In this document: one piece after another, positions 28,720 to 37,982 of the stretch
Layout of the letters: every line of letters starts with the position of its first letter
How positions within the stretch are numbered: the stretch's first letter is position 1
Source of the DNA: Vicinamibacterales bacterium
GTDB lineage: Bacteria > Acidobacteriota > Vicinamibacteria > Vicinamibacterales > JAMQPK01
Direction: 5' to 3'
Assembly: GCA_963832375.1 (NCBI GenBank)
Contig: CAWHUA010000004.1
Location: 29,352 to 93,351 of the forward strand
Length of the DNA stretch: 64,000 nucleotides
Notes under the pieces: model-generated
Told to the model about the DNA's origin: nothing
Seen by the model: the letters and a program-made list of their open reading frames with translations, nothing else
Databases searched by the model: none
Made by a program: the position numbers and the translations under genes

Positions 28720-31386
28720 TCATTGGTCGCGGGGTTCCGGCGCCCGTTCCTCGCTCGCCTCTTGCAGCATGCGTTCGAGGTCGGCCTTCAGCGAGGCCGC
28801 GGCGGCCTCGGTCAGCTTCGCCCCGGCCTGCGTAATGTGAAAGACGTCGATGGCCTTCTGTCCTTCGGTCGTAATCAGCACCAGATCGACGTCGATTCCG
28901 TGATCGGAGATGACCCGGCTGACACGATACAACAACCCCGGCGCGTCGTCGGCCACGAGCTCCAGCACGGTATAGCGCTGCGAGTGTGCCGCGTCGAAAT
29001 ATACACTCGGCGTGCGACGAAGGAGCGTCCGTTTGGCCAGCACGCTGCCTTCCTTGCTCCTGAGCAGCGACGTCACGTCGGTCCTGCCGCTCACCACTTC
29101 GTCGAGCCGCCGGTCGAACTCCTTGCGCCCCAGCGAGTTGCGCTCGAAAAATCCGTCGCCGTCGGCAAACTCGAACACGTCCACCGCGAGCCCGGCCAGG
29201 CTGGTCAGCGCGTGGCCCCTCAGAATGTCCATGCCGAAGTACGCCAGCACGCCGCAGATGTTCGAGAACAGGAACGGCTTGTCGAGCGAGACGACGGTCA
29301 GTTCCCAGACCTCGGCTTTCTTCTCGAGGAAGAAATGCGCCTCGTTGGGCCGGATATCGCGGGAGAGCCTGACATGACGATATATCGCTTCGTGTGAAAA
29401 CAGAATCAGATACCGGCGGGGCAGCCCCTCCAGGAAGGTCGCCATCTCGCGCTCGGTGATGTCCTCGGGACGATTCGCCTGCAGCGCCGCCACCAGGGCC
29501 TGATCGCGATCGATGATGTCGTCGCCGTAGCCCATGGTCATCTGGTTGTAGGCATCGACGTAGAGCCGCCACAACAGCTCTTCCTTCCAGCTGGTCAGCG
29601 TGTCGGGGCTCACGGCGCCGACATCGCACAACGTCAGGAGGAGAAGCAGCTTCAGATGCTCCTCGGTCGCGAACAACGTCGCAAACTGGCGCACGACCTC
29701 GGGCTCTTCCGTATCGCGCCGGAACGCGATGCGAGACATCTTCAAGTGCTGGCGAATCAGAAAATCGATCGTCTGCCGTGCGTCAGGGCCGAGGCTCAGG
29801 CGGGCGGTCATGGCGACCGCCATCTCGGCTCCGACGATGGAGTGATCGCCCTCGCGTGCCTTGCCGACGTCGTGGTACAGCAGCGCCAGCACGAGCAGCT
29901 CCGGCGTGCGGATCTCGCGCAGGATCGGCGCAAATCGAGGGTTGGTCAGCAATCGCTCGGCGTTGCGCACCGTCAGCAGCGTGTGCTCGTCGACCGTGTA
30001 CTTGTGATAGAAGTCGCGCGTCACGCGGCACGAAATCTCGTGAAGCTCGGGAAAGATCGCGCCAAGCAGGCCGCAATCGCGCATCTCGCCCAACCGCGCG
30101 GCGAGCCCGGGCCGCGGTCGCAGGAACTGCAGCAGCCGGATCTGGTGGCCCGCAGTCGCCAGGAACACCTCGGGCTGGTAGTTGTGCTTCTGCAGCTCGC
30201 GCTCGATCAGCGCGAGCGCATCGTCCGCCACGGGGACATTCCGCGCGACCCCCGCTTCGAACGCGCGCAGCCATTCGTCCGGCTCCGCCGCCGCCCTGGA
30301 GGTGTCGGCGAAGTTGATCCCCTCGACGACGCACATCAGGTTGTCGTCGACAAGCCGGATGGGCGTCGGCGGCGGAGGCAGCGCCGCGCGTCGGACGCGG
30401 CCGAGCGCGCGTGTGACGCTGCGCGCGTCCCTGAAGTAGTCGGTCATCAGGGCTTCCACGCGGCGCCGCATGTCCGGCGCGGTGTAACCCAGGCGATCGA
30501 CGGCCTTCTCCTGCAACTCGTAGCTCAGGACATTCAGGTTGCGCCCCGTGTCGGCGTGAAGTCCCGACCGGATGCGCATGAGAAATTCCTCGGCTTCCCT
30601 CAATCGATCGGGCGAGGCCCCGCGCACGCCGCCCCGACGATCGCCGCCGAGCCTCAGCATCAGCCGCGTGGCCCAGATGTCGCGCAGCGCGCCGGGCCCG
30701 TCTTTCACGTCAGGCTCGAGCTGATAGAGCGTGTCGTAGAACTCGCTGTGGCGCTGATCGGTCAGCGTGACGAGCGCGTCGAGCACCATCGGGCGCCAGA
30801 CGTCGGCCGAGGCCTTCAGGGTGGTCTCGAGCTGATCGATCACGTCCTGGTCTCCGGCGAGCGGCCGCAGATCCATCAGCGCCAGAAGATATTCGGGGTT
30901 CGTCGTGTCGGGCCGATCGAAGTCGGTGTACTCGCGCACGTGATGGCCGACCTGGAACCGCAAGTCCCAGAGCGGATGGAGCAACGCCTTGACGAAGCGT
31001 TCTTCGGGACGGCCGAGCGGTCCACCGAAGACGATGAGCAGGTCGATGTCCGAATGGAGGAACTGTGACTTGCGGCCGTAGCCGCCGACCGCGAACACGG
31101 CCAGCGGCGCGCGCGTCTGCGCGCGCGCGCGGTCGACCAGCTCGCGCACGATGCCGTCGATGGACTCGGCGTAGCGGGCGAGCGCAGCGTGCCCGCCGTC
31201 TCCGCGTTCGGTGGCGTCGACGAGCTCGTGGCGCGCCAGGTCGAGAGAGGCCGACAGGCGGAGACGCAGTTCCGCCTGTTCGACGTCCCTTCCCTTAATG
31301 GGACCCATCGCGATCCATGACGCCATAAAGGATACTTCGCCCACGGGATGGGGCGATGAGGGATTGGGGCGCGCGTTCACGCCCAA
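28720..31386 (-). CDS. glnD: [protein-PII] uridylyltransferase / uridylyl-removing enzyme
   Basis: 888-aa ORF. Nucleotidyltransferase motif GGYGRKSQFLHSDIDLLIVF, HD domain LLYHDVGK, and two ACT-like C-terminal segments. Its stop lies 10 nt upstream of glnB. The start could instead be 31326 or 31308. Confidence 0.8.
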   Translation of the reverse strand: MGVNARPNPSSPHPVGEVSFMASWIAMGPIKGRDVEQAELRLRLSASLDLARHELVDATERGDGGHAALARYAESIDGIVRELVDRARAQTRAPLAVFAVGGYGRKSQFLHSDIDLLIVFGGPLGRPEERFVKALLHPLWDLRFQVGHHVREYTDFDRPDTTNPEYLLALMDLRPLAGDQDVIDQLETTLKASADVWRPMVLDALVTLTDQRHSEFYDTLYQLEPDVKDGPGALRDIWATRLMLRLGGDRRGGVRGASPDRLREAEEFLMRIRSGLHADTGRNLNVLSYELQEKAVDRLGYTAPDMRRRVEALMTDYFRDARSVTRALGRVRRAALPPPPTPIRLVDDNLMCVVEGINFADTSRAAAEPDEWLRAFEAGVARNVPVADDALALIERELQKHNYQPEVFLATAGHQIRLLQFLRPRPGLAARLGEMRDCGLLGAIFPELHEISCRVTRDFYHKYTVDEHTLLTVRNAERLLTNPRFAPILREIRTPELLVLALLYHDVGKAREGDHSIVGAEMAVAMTARLSLGPDARQTIDFLIRQHLKMSRIAFRRDTEEPEVVRQFATLFATEEHLKLLLLLTLCDVGAVSPDTLTSWKEELLWRLYVDAYNQMTMGYGDDIIDRDQALVAALQANRPEDITEREMATFLEGLPRRYLILFSHEAIYRHVRLSRDIRPNEAHFFLEKKAEVWELTVVSLDKPFLFSNICGVLAYFGMDILRGHALTSLAGLAVDVFEFADGDGFFERNSLGRKEFDRRLDEVVSGRTDVTSLLRSKEGSVLAKRTLLRRTPSVYFDAAHSQRYTVLELVADDAPGLLYRVSRVISDHGIDVDLVLITTEGQKAIDVFHITQAGAKLTEAAAASLKADLERMLQEASEERAPEPRDQ

Positions 31387-31422
31387 TCCCCCGTCCAGAG
31401 TCCCTAGCCCCCGGGTCGCACG

Positions 31423-32289
31423 TCAGTAGGAAAGGCCAATCCCGATCGAGGCGATCACCTGGCTCCCCTCGGGCGTTCCATCCTTGACGTTGAAGTACTT
31501 CGTGCCATCACCCAGCGCAAAGAAATCCACGCCGCCGTGGAGGTTCCAGGTGCCGAACTTCGTCGGCGCGCTGCTGAACGGCACGGTGAAGAGGACGCCG
31601 AGATCGAAGTACCCGAAGCCGTTGTCCTCGCCATTCGCCTCGTAGTAGTCGCCCAGGCTGAAGCCCATCTTGACGGGAATGCCGAGTGTCACGCCCTTGT
31701 CGCCCAGCGGGAAGCTCGGCGCCACGCCGATTTCTGCGTACGTCCCTTCGTCGCTGCCGCCGTCCGCCTGCCCACTCATCTCGAACGCCACGATCCCGTA
31801 CGGCGCGAACCTGCTCGCGTGCGCGACCTTGAACGCGAACTCCTTGACCGTGCCGAACGAGCCGTTCGGGCTGGTGTAGGCGGTGTAGAAGGGCGAGATC
31901 GTGATGCCCTTGCCGACGCCCAGGTTGAGCATCACGTAGAAGTCCTCTTCGTAATGGCTGGGCTTCTTCGGGTCTGCGCCGGTCCCCGATGTGCCCGTGT
32001 GCAGGCTGTTCCACACGCCGAAGTTCACGCTCGCGCTCTGGCCCTGGTCGTTCGAGAACAGCGCGATGCCGACGTCGCCGAACGCGAACATGGTCAGCGA
32101 CGGATCGGCTTCCTGACGGATGCCCCGGAAGAAGTACACCGAGGGAAAGTCGATACCGGCGGTCAGCGTGATGGCGCCGGGATTGGGATCGTCCTGCGCG
32201 CTCGCGGTGCCGGCCGCCAAGGTCAGCGCCATGGCTCCTGCCAGGGCAATACGGGTGAATCGGGAAACGTAAGACGAAGTTTCGATCAC
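31423..32289 (-). CDS. TorF/Gcw_chp-family outer-membrane porin-like protein
   Basis: GTG 32289 is preceded by GGGAGGA. Signal peptide ...FTRIALAGAMALTLAAGTASA. ITLTAGIDFPSVYFFRGIRQE matches my memory of the TorF family, which often neighbours glnK/amtB. The track ORF 31423..32631 has a longer upstream extension. Confidence 0.5.
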   Translation of the reverse strand: MIETSSYVSRFTRIALAGAMALTLAAGTASAQDDPNPGAITLTAGIDFPSVYFFRGIRQEADPSLTMFAFGDVGIALFSNDQGQSASVNFGVWNSLHTGTSGTGADPKKPSHYEEDFYVMLNLGVGKGITISPFYTAYTSPNGSFGTVKEFAFKVAHASRFAPYGIVAFEMSGQADGGSDEGTYAEIGVAPSFPLGDKGVTLGIPVKMGFSLGDYYEANGEDNGFGYFDLGVLFTVPFSSAPTKFGTWNLHGGVDFFALGDGTKYFNVKDGTPEGSQVIASIGIGLSY

Positions 32290-32424
32290 GTAGTCCTCCC
32301 ACATGAGGTGATCCGGCGGCGCCACGAGCGCCGGCGCATCGAGGTTAAGAGCGTGTTCGCGCAACATCGGCGGCGGGCCGAGGTTCACTTCGCCTTGTTG
32401 ATGCAGGCCCGTTCTTCGGGTCAG

Positions 32425-32440
32425 TGCACGAGGGATGCCA
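32425..32440 (-). promoter_or_regulatory. candidate sigma-54 (-24/-12) promoter
   Basis: The minus strand reads TGGCATCCCTCGTGCA, with GG and GC at the canonical spacing (consensus TGGCAC-N5-TTGCA). It lies about 135 nt upstream of the porin start and about 230 nt downstream of the activator gene. Confidence 0.5.
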
Positions 32441-32671
32441 GTGCGTAAATCGCGAGGATCGCAATTTTCCTCAGGAATTCGGCGATTGTGAGGATCCGCC
32501 AATCCCACAAACACGTCAGGAGCCTTGTGTACGCCTACATTGATGTAACTTTCAAGATCTGGCGCGGAGTCAAAACGAACGACGCCGCGTCGTCCCGCGG
32601 TCGGCGGCGCGGGCGCGTGGCGGCGGCTCATGACAAAGTTGTAGGAGTGATCGTGCGGGCCGGCGGTTTTG

Positions 32672-34249
32672 TTACTTCTTGAAGCGGCGCCAGTCGATCC
32701 CGAGCAGGCGGACTTTGTAGTTCATGATGCGGCCGGTCGTGTTGAGCAGGCGGGCGGCCTTCGCGCGGTTGCCCCGCGAGGTCTTCAGCGCGTCCTGGAT
32801 GAGGTCCTTCTCGTAGGCGTCGAGGGCATCTTTCAACGACAGGCTCATCGTCGTGCCCGATGAGGCCGCCGTCTGGAGCGTCGGCGGCATGTGGTGCGCG
32901 TGCACGACCTGGCCATCGCAGACCACGACCGCCCGCTCGATGGCGTTCTCGAGCTCGCGCACGTTCCCTGGCCAGTGGTAGGCCATCAGCATGTCGATCG
33001 CCGGCGTCGAGATCCGCTTGATGTGCTTGCCGTGGGCGAGCGACGCCTTCTCGAGGAAGTGATCCGCCAGGAGCAGGAGATCCGGTTTCCGCTCGCGGAG
33101 CGGCGGAATGAAAATCGAGAACACGTTGAGACGGTAGTACAGATCTTCGCGGAAGCTGCCGTCCACGATTGCGCGCTCGACGTCCTTGTTAGTCGCGGCA
33201 ATCATCCGCACGTTGGCGCGAATCGTCTTCGTGCCGCCGAGCCGCTCGAACTCGCGCGCCTGGAGCACGCGCAGGAGCTTGATCTGCGTCCCCAGGTTGA
33301 TCTCGCCGATTTCGTCGAGGAACAGCGTGCCTCCGTCGGCGAGCTCGAACCGGCCCTTTTTCGGGGCGTGCGCGCCCGTGAAGGCCCCCTTCTCGTAGCC
33401 GAACAGCTCGGACTCGATGAGGCTGTCCGGCAGCGCCGCGCAGCTGACCTTGATGAACGGGCGCTTTGACCGCAGCGAGTTGTAGTGAATGGCCTGGGCG
33501 ATGAGCTCCTTGCCGGTGCCCGACTCGCCGCGCACGAGCACCGTGGTGTCGGTGCGGGCCACCTGCGAGACCTGCTCGTAGACGAGACGCATCGGACCGC
33601 TGGTGCCCAGAATGTTCGAGAAGTCGTAGCGCTCGCGCAGCTCGCTCTTGAGGTGGGTGTTTTCCTCCCGCAGGCGATCGCGTTCGGCGTCAATGACGCG
33701 CTGAATGCGAATCCACTGAGCCATGAGCGACGCCACGACGCCGAGGAACTTGACCGTGCGGTCGAACTCGCGCTCGGGCTTGAAGCGGAAGTCGGCGCCC
33801 AGCGCGCCGACGGCCTTGCGGTTGAGCAGAATCGGCACGCACACGTAGCTGATTTCCTCGCGCGCCAGCTCCGGGCGCTCGGACGTGCGCCGCAGGAACA
33901 TCGGCTCGCGCGAGATGCGGGGCACGACGATCGGCTTGCCGCTCTGCACGACGCGTCCCGTGATGCCTTCTCCCAGACGGAACTTCACGTCCGTTTTACC
34001 GGCGCCCGGCCCTTCCGAGGCCACCACTTCGATCTCCTCGGCAGCCGTCAGCAATGCCACGGTGCTGCGGATCACGCTGTGATGACGCTCGAGAATATTG
34101 AGGACCTGGTGCAGCGCGGTCTTCTGGTGCGCGCCCGCAGACAAGGTCTGACTAATCTCCAGCAGCGTCGACAAGCGTCGAAGCTCGGCGGTGCCGCTCG
34201 TCGTGGTGGTCGCCTCGGCCAGTTTCAACCCCGCTGGGTTCGATGCCAT
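32672..34249 (-). CDS. sigma-54-dependent transcriptional activator (GAF-AAA+-HTH, NifA-like), intact
   Basis: 525 aa. GAF N-terminus, Walker [15 protein letters not shown] loop (EKGAFTGA), and HTH RGNRAKAARLLNTTGRIMNYKV. Confidence 0.8.
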   Translation of the reverse strand: MASNPAGLKLAEATTTTSGTAELRRLSTLLEISQTLSAGAHQKTALHQVLNILERHHSVIRSTVALLTAAEEIEVVASEGPGAGKTDVKFRLGEGITGRVVQSGKPIVVPRISREPMFLRRTSERPELAREEISYVCVPILLNRKAVGALGADFRFKPEREFDRTVKFLGVVASLMAQWIRIQRVIDAERDRLREENTHLKSELRERYDFSNILGTSGPMRLVYEQVSQVARTDTTVLVRGESGTGKELIAQAIHYNSLRSKRPFIKVSCAALPDSLIESELFGYEKGAFTGAHAPKKGRFELADGGTLFLDEIGEINLGTQIKLLRVLQAREFERLGGTKTIRANVRMIAATNKDVERAIVDGSFREDLYYRLNVFSIFIPPLRERKPDLLLLADHFLEKASLAHGKHIKRISTPAIDMLMAYHWPGNVRELENAIERAVVVCDGQVVHAHHMPPTLQTAASSGTTMSLSLKDALDAYEKDLIQDALKTSRGNRAKAARLLNTTGRIMNYKVRLLGIDWRRFKK

Positions 34250-34373
34250 GTAGAAGAATCCCTACCCTTCGACATGAGCAAAGCTGGTTCCACATGCGGT
34301 GCGGGCGACTCCGGTGATTTGTTAAGGAATCCTGCAATATGGCGGTGTGGGCTTCCGGCCAAACACACAAACT

Positions 34374-34418
34374 TGGAGAAAAACAATTTGACGCCGACAT
34401 TCGTGTCGCAATTGTCAA
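34374..34418 (-). terminator. weak intrinsic terminator after the copper operon
   Basis: The minus strand reads TTGAC..CGACA-CGAA-TGTCG..GTCAA followed by ATTGTTTTTCT. The stem is imperfect. Confidence 0.3.
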
Positions 34419-34431
34419 AACAGGAAATGGC

Positions 34432-34845
34432 TCACTTCCCGTTTGAGGCGGGCGGTTTCGGGCGCGTGAGGTACGCCGTCAGCCGTTCTTTCTTCAGCCC
34501 GATGGACTTCCCGTCACGACTGGCCGTCATCGTGACCTCCCACTCCCCCGCCATCGTCACCATCACGATGCCGTTGTAGGTGCCTTTGCCGATATTGTTC
34601 AGTTTCCCTTCGGTCTTCATCTCGGGGTGCTTGGTTTTCGGATCGGCGGGCATCAGCAGGACGATCCCGACGTCGGCATTGGTGACGGGCTGCCCTTTCG
34701 CATCTCTGACCGTGACTTCAAAAAGATTCTGGCCGAGGCCGAGCGGCGACGGCTTTGTCGTCAATGCCAGCGACGCGCCACTCGACTGCGCGGACACCTG
34801 AACGGCCGCGGCCACCACCGCGGCCGCGATGAGCCTCTTTCTCAT
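34432..34845 (-). CDS. YtkA/FixH-like periplasmic domain protein
   Basis: The internal ATG 34845 of track ORF 34432..34950 gives the signal peptide MRKRLIAAAVVAAAVQVSAQ. Pattern FEVTVRDAKGQPVTNADV...GKGTYNGIVMVTMAGEWEVTM. Confidence 0.5.
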   Translation of the reverse strand: MRKRLIAAAVVAAAVQVSAQSSGASLALTTKPSPLGLGQNLFEVTVRDAKGQPVTNADVGIVLLMPADPKTKHPEMKTEGKLNNIGKGTYNGIVMVTMAGEWEVTMTASRDGKSIGLKKERLTAYLTRPKPPASNGK

Positions 34846-34849
34846 GGCG

Positions 34850-35416
34850 CTATTTCGAAGCGGGGACACGTCGCGACTGCGCAAACTCGATGGCGAACTT
34901 GCGCAGCGGCAGGCTCGTCTGCCCGAGGGCGGCCGCTTCCTCCACGGCACGATCCACCTCCCAGCGATCGATCGCCAGCCGCTTGATCAGCCACATGGTC
35001 GCGGCGCGGTTGCCGCCGCCGCAGTGAATGAACGCCGGCTCGGCGCCCGGGCTCGTGATCGCTTTCAGGAATGCCTCGGCCGCGACCGGATCTGGACTGC
35101 CGTCGAACGGCACGTGAAAGTACTTCAGTCCCGCGGCCTTCGCCGCAGCCGCCTCTTTTTCGACTTCCGCGCCGGGCTCGGTGGCCAGACGAAGATTCAC
35201 GATCGACACGAACCCCATCTTCCCGATCTCGGGCACGGCGTCGGTGGTGATGGCGCCGGCGCACGCGACCGTGGTCTCGAGACGAGCCATGTTGCGAATA
35301 CCCGCGACAGGATCCTTGGTAACCCCCTGTGCCTGTACGCTCGCAGCAGCGGCAACCACGACAAGCAGCGCCAGGCAGGTGCGACGGTTGATGAGCATGA
35401 TCTTCTCCTTCATCAC
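34850..35416 (-). CDS. secreted DUF442 / phosphatase-fold protein
   Basis: Signal peptide followed by a P-loop-like FIHCGGGNRA. 188 aa. Confidence 0.55.
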   Translation of the reverse strand: MMKEKIMLINRRTCLALLVVVAAAASVQAQGVTKDPVAGIRNMARLETTVACAGAITTDAVPEIGKMGFVSIVNLRLATEPGAEVEKEAAAAKAAGLKYFHVPFDGSPDPVAAEAFLKAITSPGAEPAFIHCGGGNRAATMWLIKRLAIDRWEVDRAVEEAAALGQTSLPLRKFAIEFAQSRRVPASK

Positions 35417-35430
35417 GAGTTATCGCTGCG

Positions 35431-37752
35431 CTACAACTCCACCCGGCGCAAACGCAGCGCGTTGCCGATGACCGAAACCGAGCTGAACGTCATGGCCGCG
35501 CTCGCGATCATCGGGCTCAGAAGCAGGCCGGCGAACGGATACAACACACCGGCGGCAATCGGCACGCCGATCACGTTGTACACGAACGCAAAGAACAGAT
35601 TCTGCCTGATGTTCTTCATTGTCGCCCGGCTCAATCGGCGCGCGCGTACGATGCCGCGCAAATCTCCCTTGACCAGGGTAATGTGCGCGCTCTCGATGGC
35701 AATGTCGGTCCCGGTGCCCATCGCGATCCCCACATCGGCCCTCGCCAGCGCCGGCGCATCGTTGATGCCGTCTCCCGCCATGGCGACGCGGCGGCCTTGC
35801 GCCTGAAGGCGTTGAACCGCCTCTGCTTTGCGCTCCGGAAGTACTTCGGCCTCGACCTGGTCGATCCCGACAGCTCCGGCCACCGCTTGCGCGGTCATCC
35901 TGTTGTCGCCGGTCAGCATGATCACGTTCAGACCCTGTTGGTGCAATTGGTCGATGGCTTCGCGTGCCGTCGATTTCACCGGATCGGCGACGCCGATGAT
36001 GCCTGACAGCACGCCGTCGACCGCCGCGAACACGACCGTCTGACCCTCGCGGCGACGCGCCTCGAGACTCTCGACGAGCCCGCCGGTGTCGACGCCAAAC
36101 GATTGCATGAACCGGACGTTGCCGACCGCGACCTTGCGGCCATCGACGGTGCCGGCTACACCCTGTCCCGTCACCGAACGAAACTCGTTGGCTGGAAAAA
36201 GCGACAGGTTCCGTTCGCGAGCGGACGCGACAATCGCCGAACCCAGCGGATGCTCGCTCGCGTTTTCCAGGCTCGCCACCAGTTGCAGCAGCGTGGCCTC
36301 GTCCATGCGGTGTGCCTCGATCGACGCGAGCGCGGGCCTTCCCTGGGTGAGCGTCCCGGTCTTGTCGATGACCACCGTCGTCACCTGTTCGAGCAGTTCG
36401 AGCGCCTCGGCATTCCGGAACAACACGCCGACCTCGGCGCCTCGTCCGGTCCCGACCATGATCGACATCGGCGTGGCCAACCCGAGCGCGCACGGGCACG
36501 CGATGATCAAGACCGCGATGGCATTGACCAGCGCATGGGCGAACCGCGGCTCCGGCCCCACGAGCGCCCATGCGGCGAACGTGACGACCGCGACCGCGAT
36601 GACCGCGGGCACGAACCACCCTGACACGGTATCGGCAAGGCGCTGAATCGGCGCACGCGACCGCTGCGCGTCGCTCACCATGCGCACGATCTGCGCGACG
36701 AGCGTATCGGACCCGACGCGTTCGGCACGCATGATGAACGCGCCCGTCGTGTTGATGGTCCCTCCGGTGACACCGTCCCCCGGATCTTTTTCGACAGGAA
36801 TGGGCTCGCCCGTCACCATCGATTCGTCGACGGCCGCGCTCCCTTCCAGCACGGCGCCATCGACAGGAATCCGCTCCCCGGGGCGCACGCGAAGGCGGTC
36901 GCCGGCCCGCACATCGCCGAGCGGAACGTCGAGTTCGAGGCCGTCGGTCCCGATACGCCGCGCTGTTTTTGGCGCCAGCCCGAGCAGACTGCGAATGGCC
37001 GCGCTCGTGCGGCCCCGCGCCCGAAGCTCCAGCACCTGCCCCAGCAGGACGAGCACCACGATGACGGCCGCCGGCTCGAAATACACGCCCACGCCCTCGT
37101 GCATGCTCAAGGTATCCGGGAATAGGCCCGGCGCCAGCGTCGCCACCACGCTGAACCCGAATGCCGCGCCCACGCCAAGGGCGATGAGCGTGAACATGTT
37201 CAGGTGACGGCTGACGATCGATGCCCAGCCGCGGACGAAGAAGGGCCAACCTCCCCACAGCACCACGGGGGTCGCCAGCACGAGCTCTATCCAGTTGAGA
37301 ACGGCTGGCGACACCGCGTGCTGGATGGGTCTCGCCGGCAGGAACTCGGACACCATGACCGCAAGGATCGGCAGGGTCAGCGCCACCGATCCGCGGAAGC
37401 GCCGCGTCATGTCCTCGAGCTCTTCGTTGGGCTGCTCCTCGAGCGACACCGCCACTGGCTCGAGCGCCATGCCGCAGATCGGGCACGCGCCCGGACCCTT
37501 CTGCCGGACTTCCGGGTGCATCGGGCAGGTGTAGTCGGCATCCCGATCGGCCGGCGCGGACGCTCGATCGGCAGCTTTCGTGTCGAGGAACTGCGCCGGG
37601 TTGCCCTTGAATTGTTCGAGGCACGACTCGTTGCAGAAGTAGTACGTCTGGCCGTTGTAGTCGAAGTGGCCGGCTGCGTCACCCGGGAGGATCATCATTC
37701 CGCAGACCGGGTCGAGTACTTCCTCTTCCGCGGGGGGCGGCGTCATTGTCAT
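35431..37752 (-). CDS. copA: copper-translocating P1B-type ATPase with N-terminal YHS/TRASH-like domain
   Basis: Start is ATG 37752 ([19 protein letters not shown]...YYFCNESC). Motifs TGEP, CPC ([13 protein letters not shown]), DKTGTLT and GDGINDAP. The upstream part of track ORF 35431..37887 is rejected (see the rejected list). Confidence 0.85.
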   Translation of the reverse strand: MTMTPPPAEEEVLDPVCGMMILPGDAAGHFDYNGQTYYFCNESCLEQFKGNPAQFLDTKAADRASAPADRDADYTCPMHPEVRQKGPGACPICGMALEPVAVSLEEQPNEELEDMTRRFRGSVALTLPILAVMVSEFLPARPIQHAVSPAVLNWIELVLATPVVLWGGWPFFVRGWASIVSRHLNMFTLIALGVGAAFGFSVVATLAPGLFPDTLSMHEGVGVYFEPAAVIVVLVLLGQVLELRARGRTSAAIRSLLGLAPKTARRIGTDGLELDVPLGDVRAGDRLRVRPGERIPVDGAVLEGSAAVDESMVTGEPIPVEKDPGDGVTGGTINTTGAFIMRAERVGSDTLVAQIVRMVSDAQRSRAPIQRLADTVSGWFVPAVIAVAVVTFAAWALVGPEPRFAHALVNAIAVLIIACPCALGLATPMSIMVGTGRGAEVGVLFRNAEALELLEQVTTVVIDKTGTLTQGRPALASIEAHRMDEATLLQLVASLENASEHPLGSAIVASARERNLSLFPANEFRSVTGQGVAGTVDGRKVAVGNVRFMQSFGVDTGGLVESLEARRREGQTVVFAAVDGVLSGIIGVADPVKSTAREAIDQLHQQGLNVIMLTGDNRMTAQAVAGAVGIDQVEAEVLPERKAEAVQRLQAQGRRVAMAGDGINDAPALARADVGIAMGTGTDIAIESAHITLVKGDLRGIVRARRLSRATMKNIRQNLFFAFVYNVIGVPIAAGVLYPFAGLLLSPMIASAAMTFSSVSVIGNALRLRRVEL

Positions 37753-37762
37753 CAGGACGCGG

Positions 37763-37906
37763 CTACTTGGCGTATTTGGCGGGATCGGCGTCAAATCGCG
37801 CTTTGCATGCCTTCGCGCAGAAGTAGTACGTCTTCCCGTTGTATTCACTCGTGCCCGCGGCCTTCGCGGGATCGACCTGCATTCCACACACTACGTCTCG
37901 TTCCAT
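37763..37906 (-). CDS. 47-aa YHS-domain mini-protein (not in the ORF track)
   Basis: My translation: [47 protein letters not shown], stop TAG. GGGGAGG lies 6 nt upstream of the ATG. The stop is 10 nt before the copA start. Confidence 0.6.
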   Translation of the reverse strand: MERDVVCGMQVDPAKAAGTSEYNGKTYYFCAKACKARFDADPAKYAK

Positions 37907-37935
37907 GACAATCCTCCCCGTGTAGAAACCGTTCC

Positions 37936-37974
37936 GGGATCCGTTTTCGCGGGCGTCCTCCGAAAACGGATCCC
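37936..37974 (-). terminator. perfect 14-bp inverted repeat (terminator of the BNR gene or operator of the YHS-copA unit)
   Basis: GGGATCCGTTTTCG, 11-nt loop, CGAAAACGGATCCC. It lies 8 nt below the BNR stop and 29 nt above the YHS ATG. Only a weak T-tract follows. Confidence 0.45.
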
Positions 37975-37982
37975 TGAACCGT

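Noticed and set aside
32290-32424. Glutamine (glnA-type) riboswitch in the ~120-nt leader of the porin-glnD-glnB unit
   Set aside because: I could not find the conserved GGAAGUAGG / AAGGAACGC-type core on the transcribed strand. There is only a generic GC hairpin.
37753-37887. 45-codon N-terminal extension of CopA ([15 protein letters not shown]...)
   Set aside because: The extension is Arg/Pro/Thr-rich with no motif. The same DNA in another frame encodes a YHS-domain protein with a strong GGGGAGG ribosome-binding site. CopA has its own ATG at 37752.
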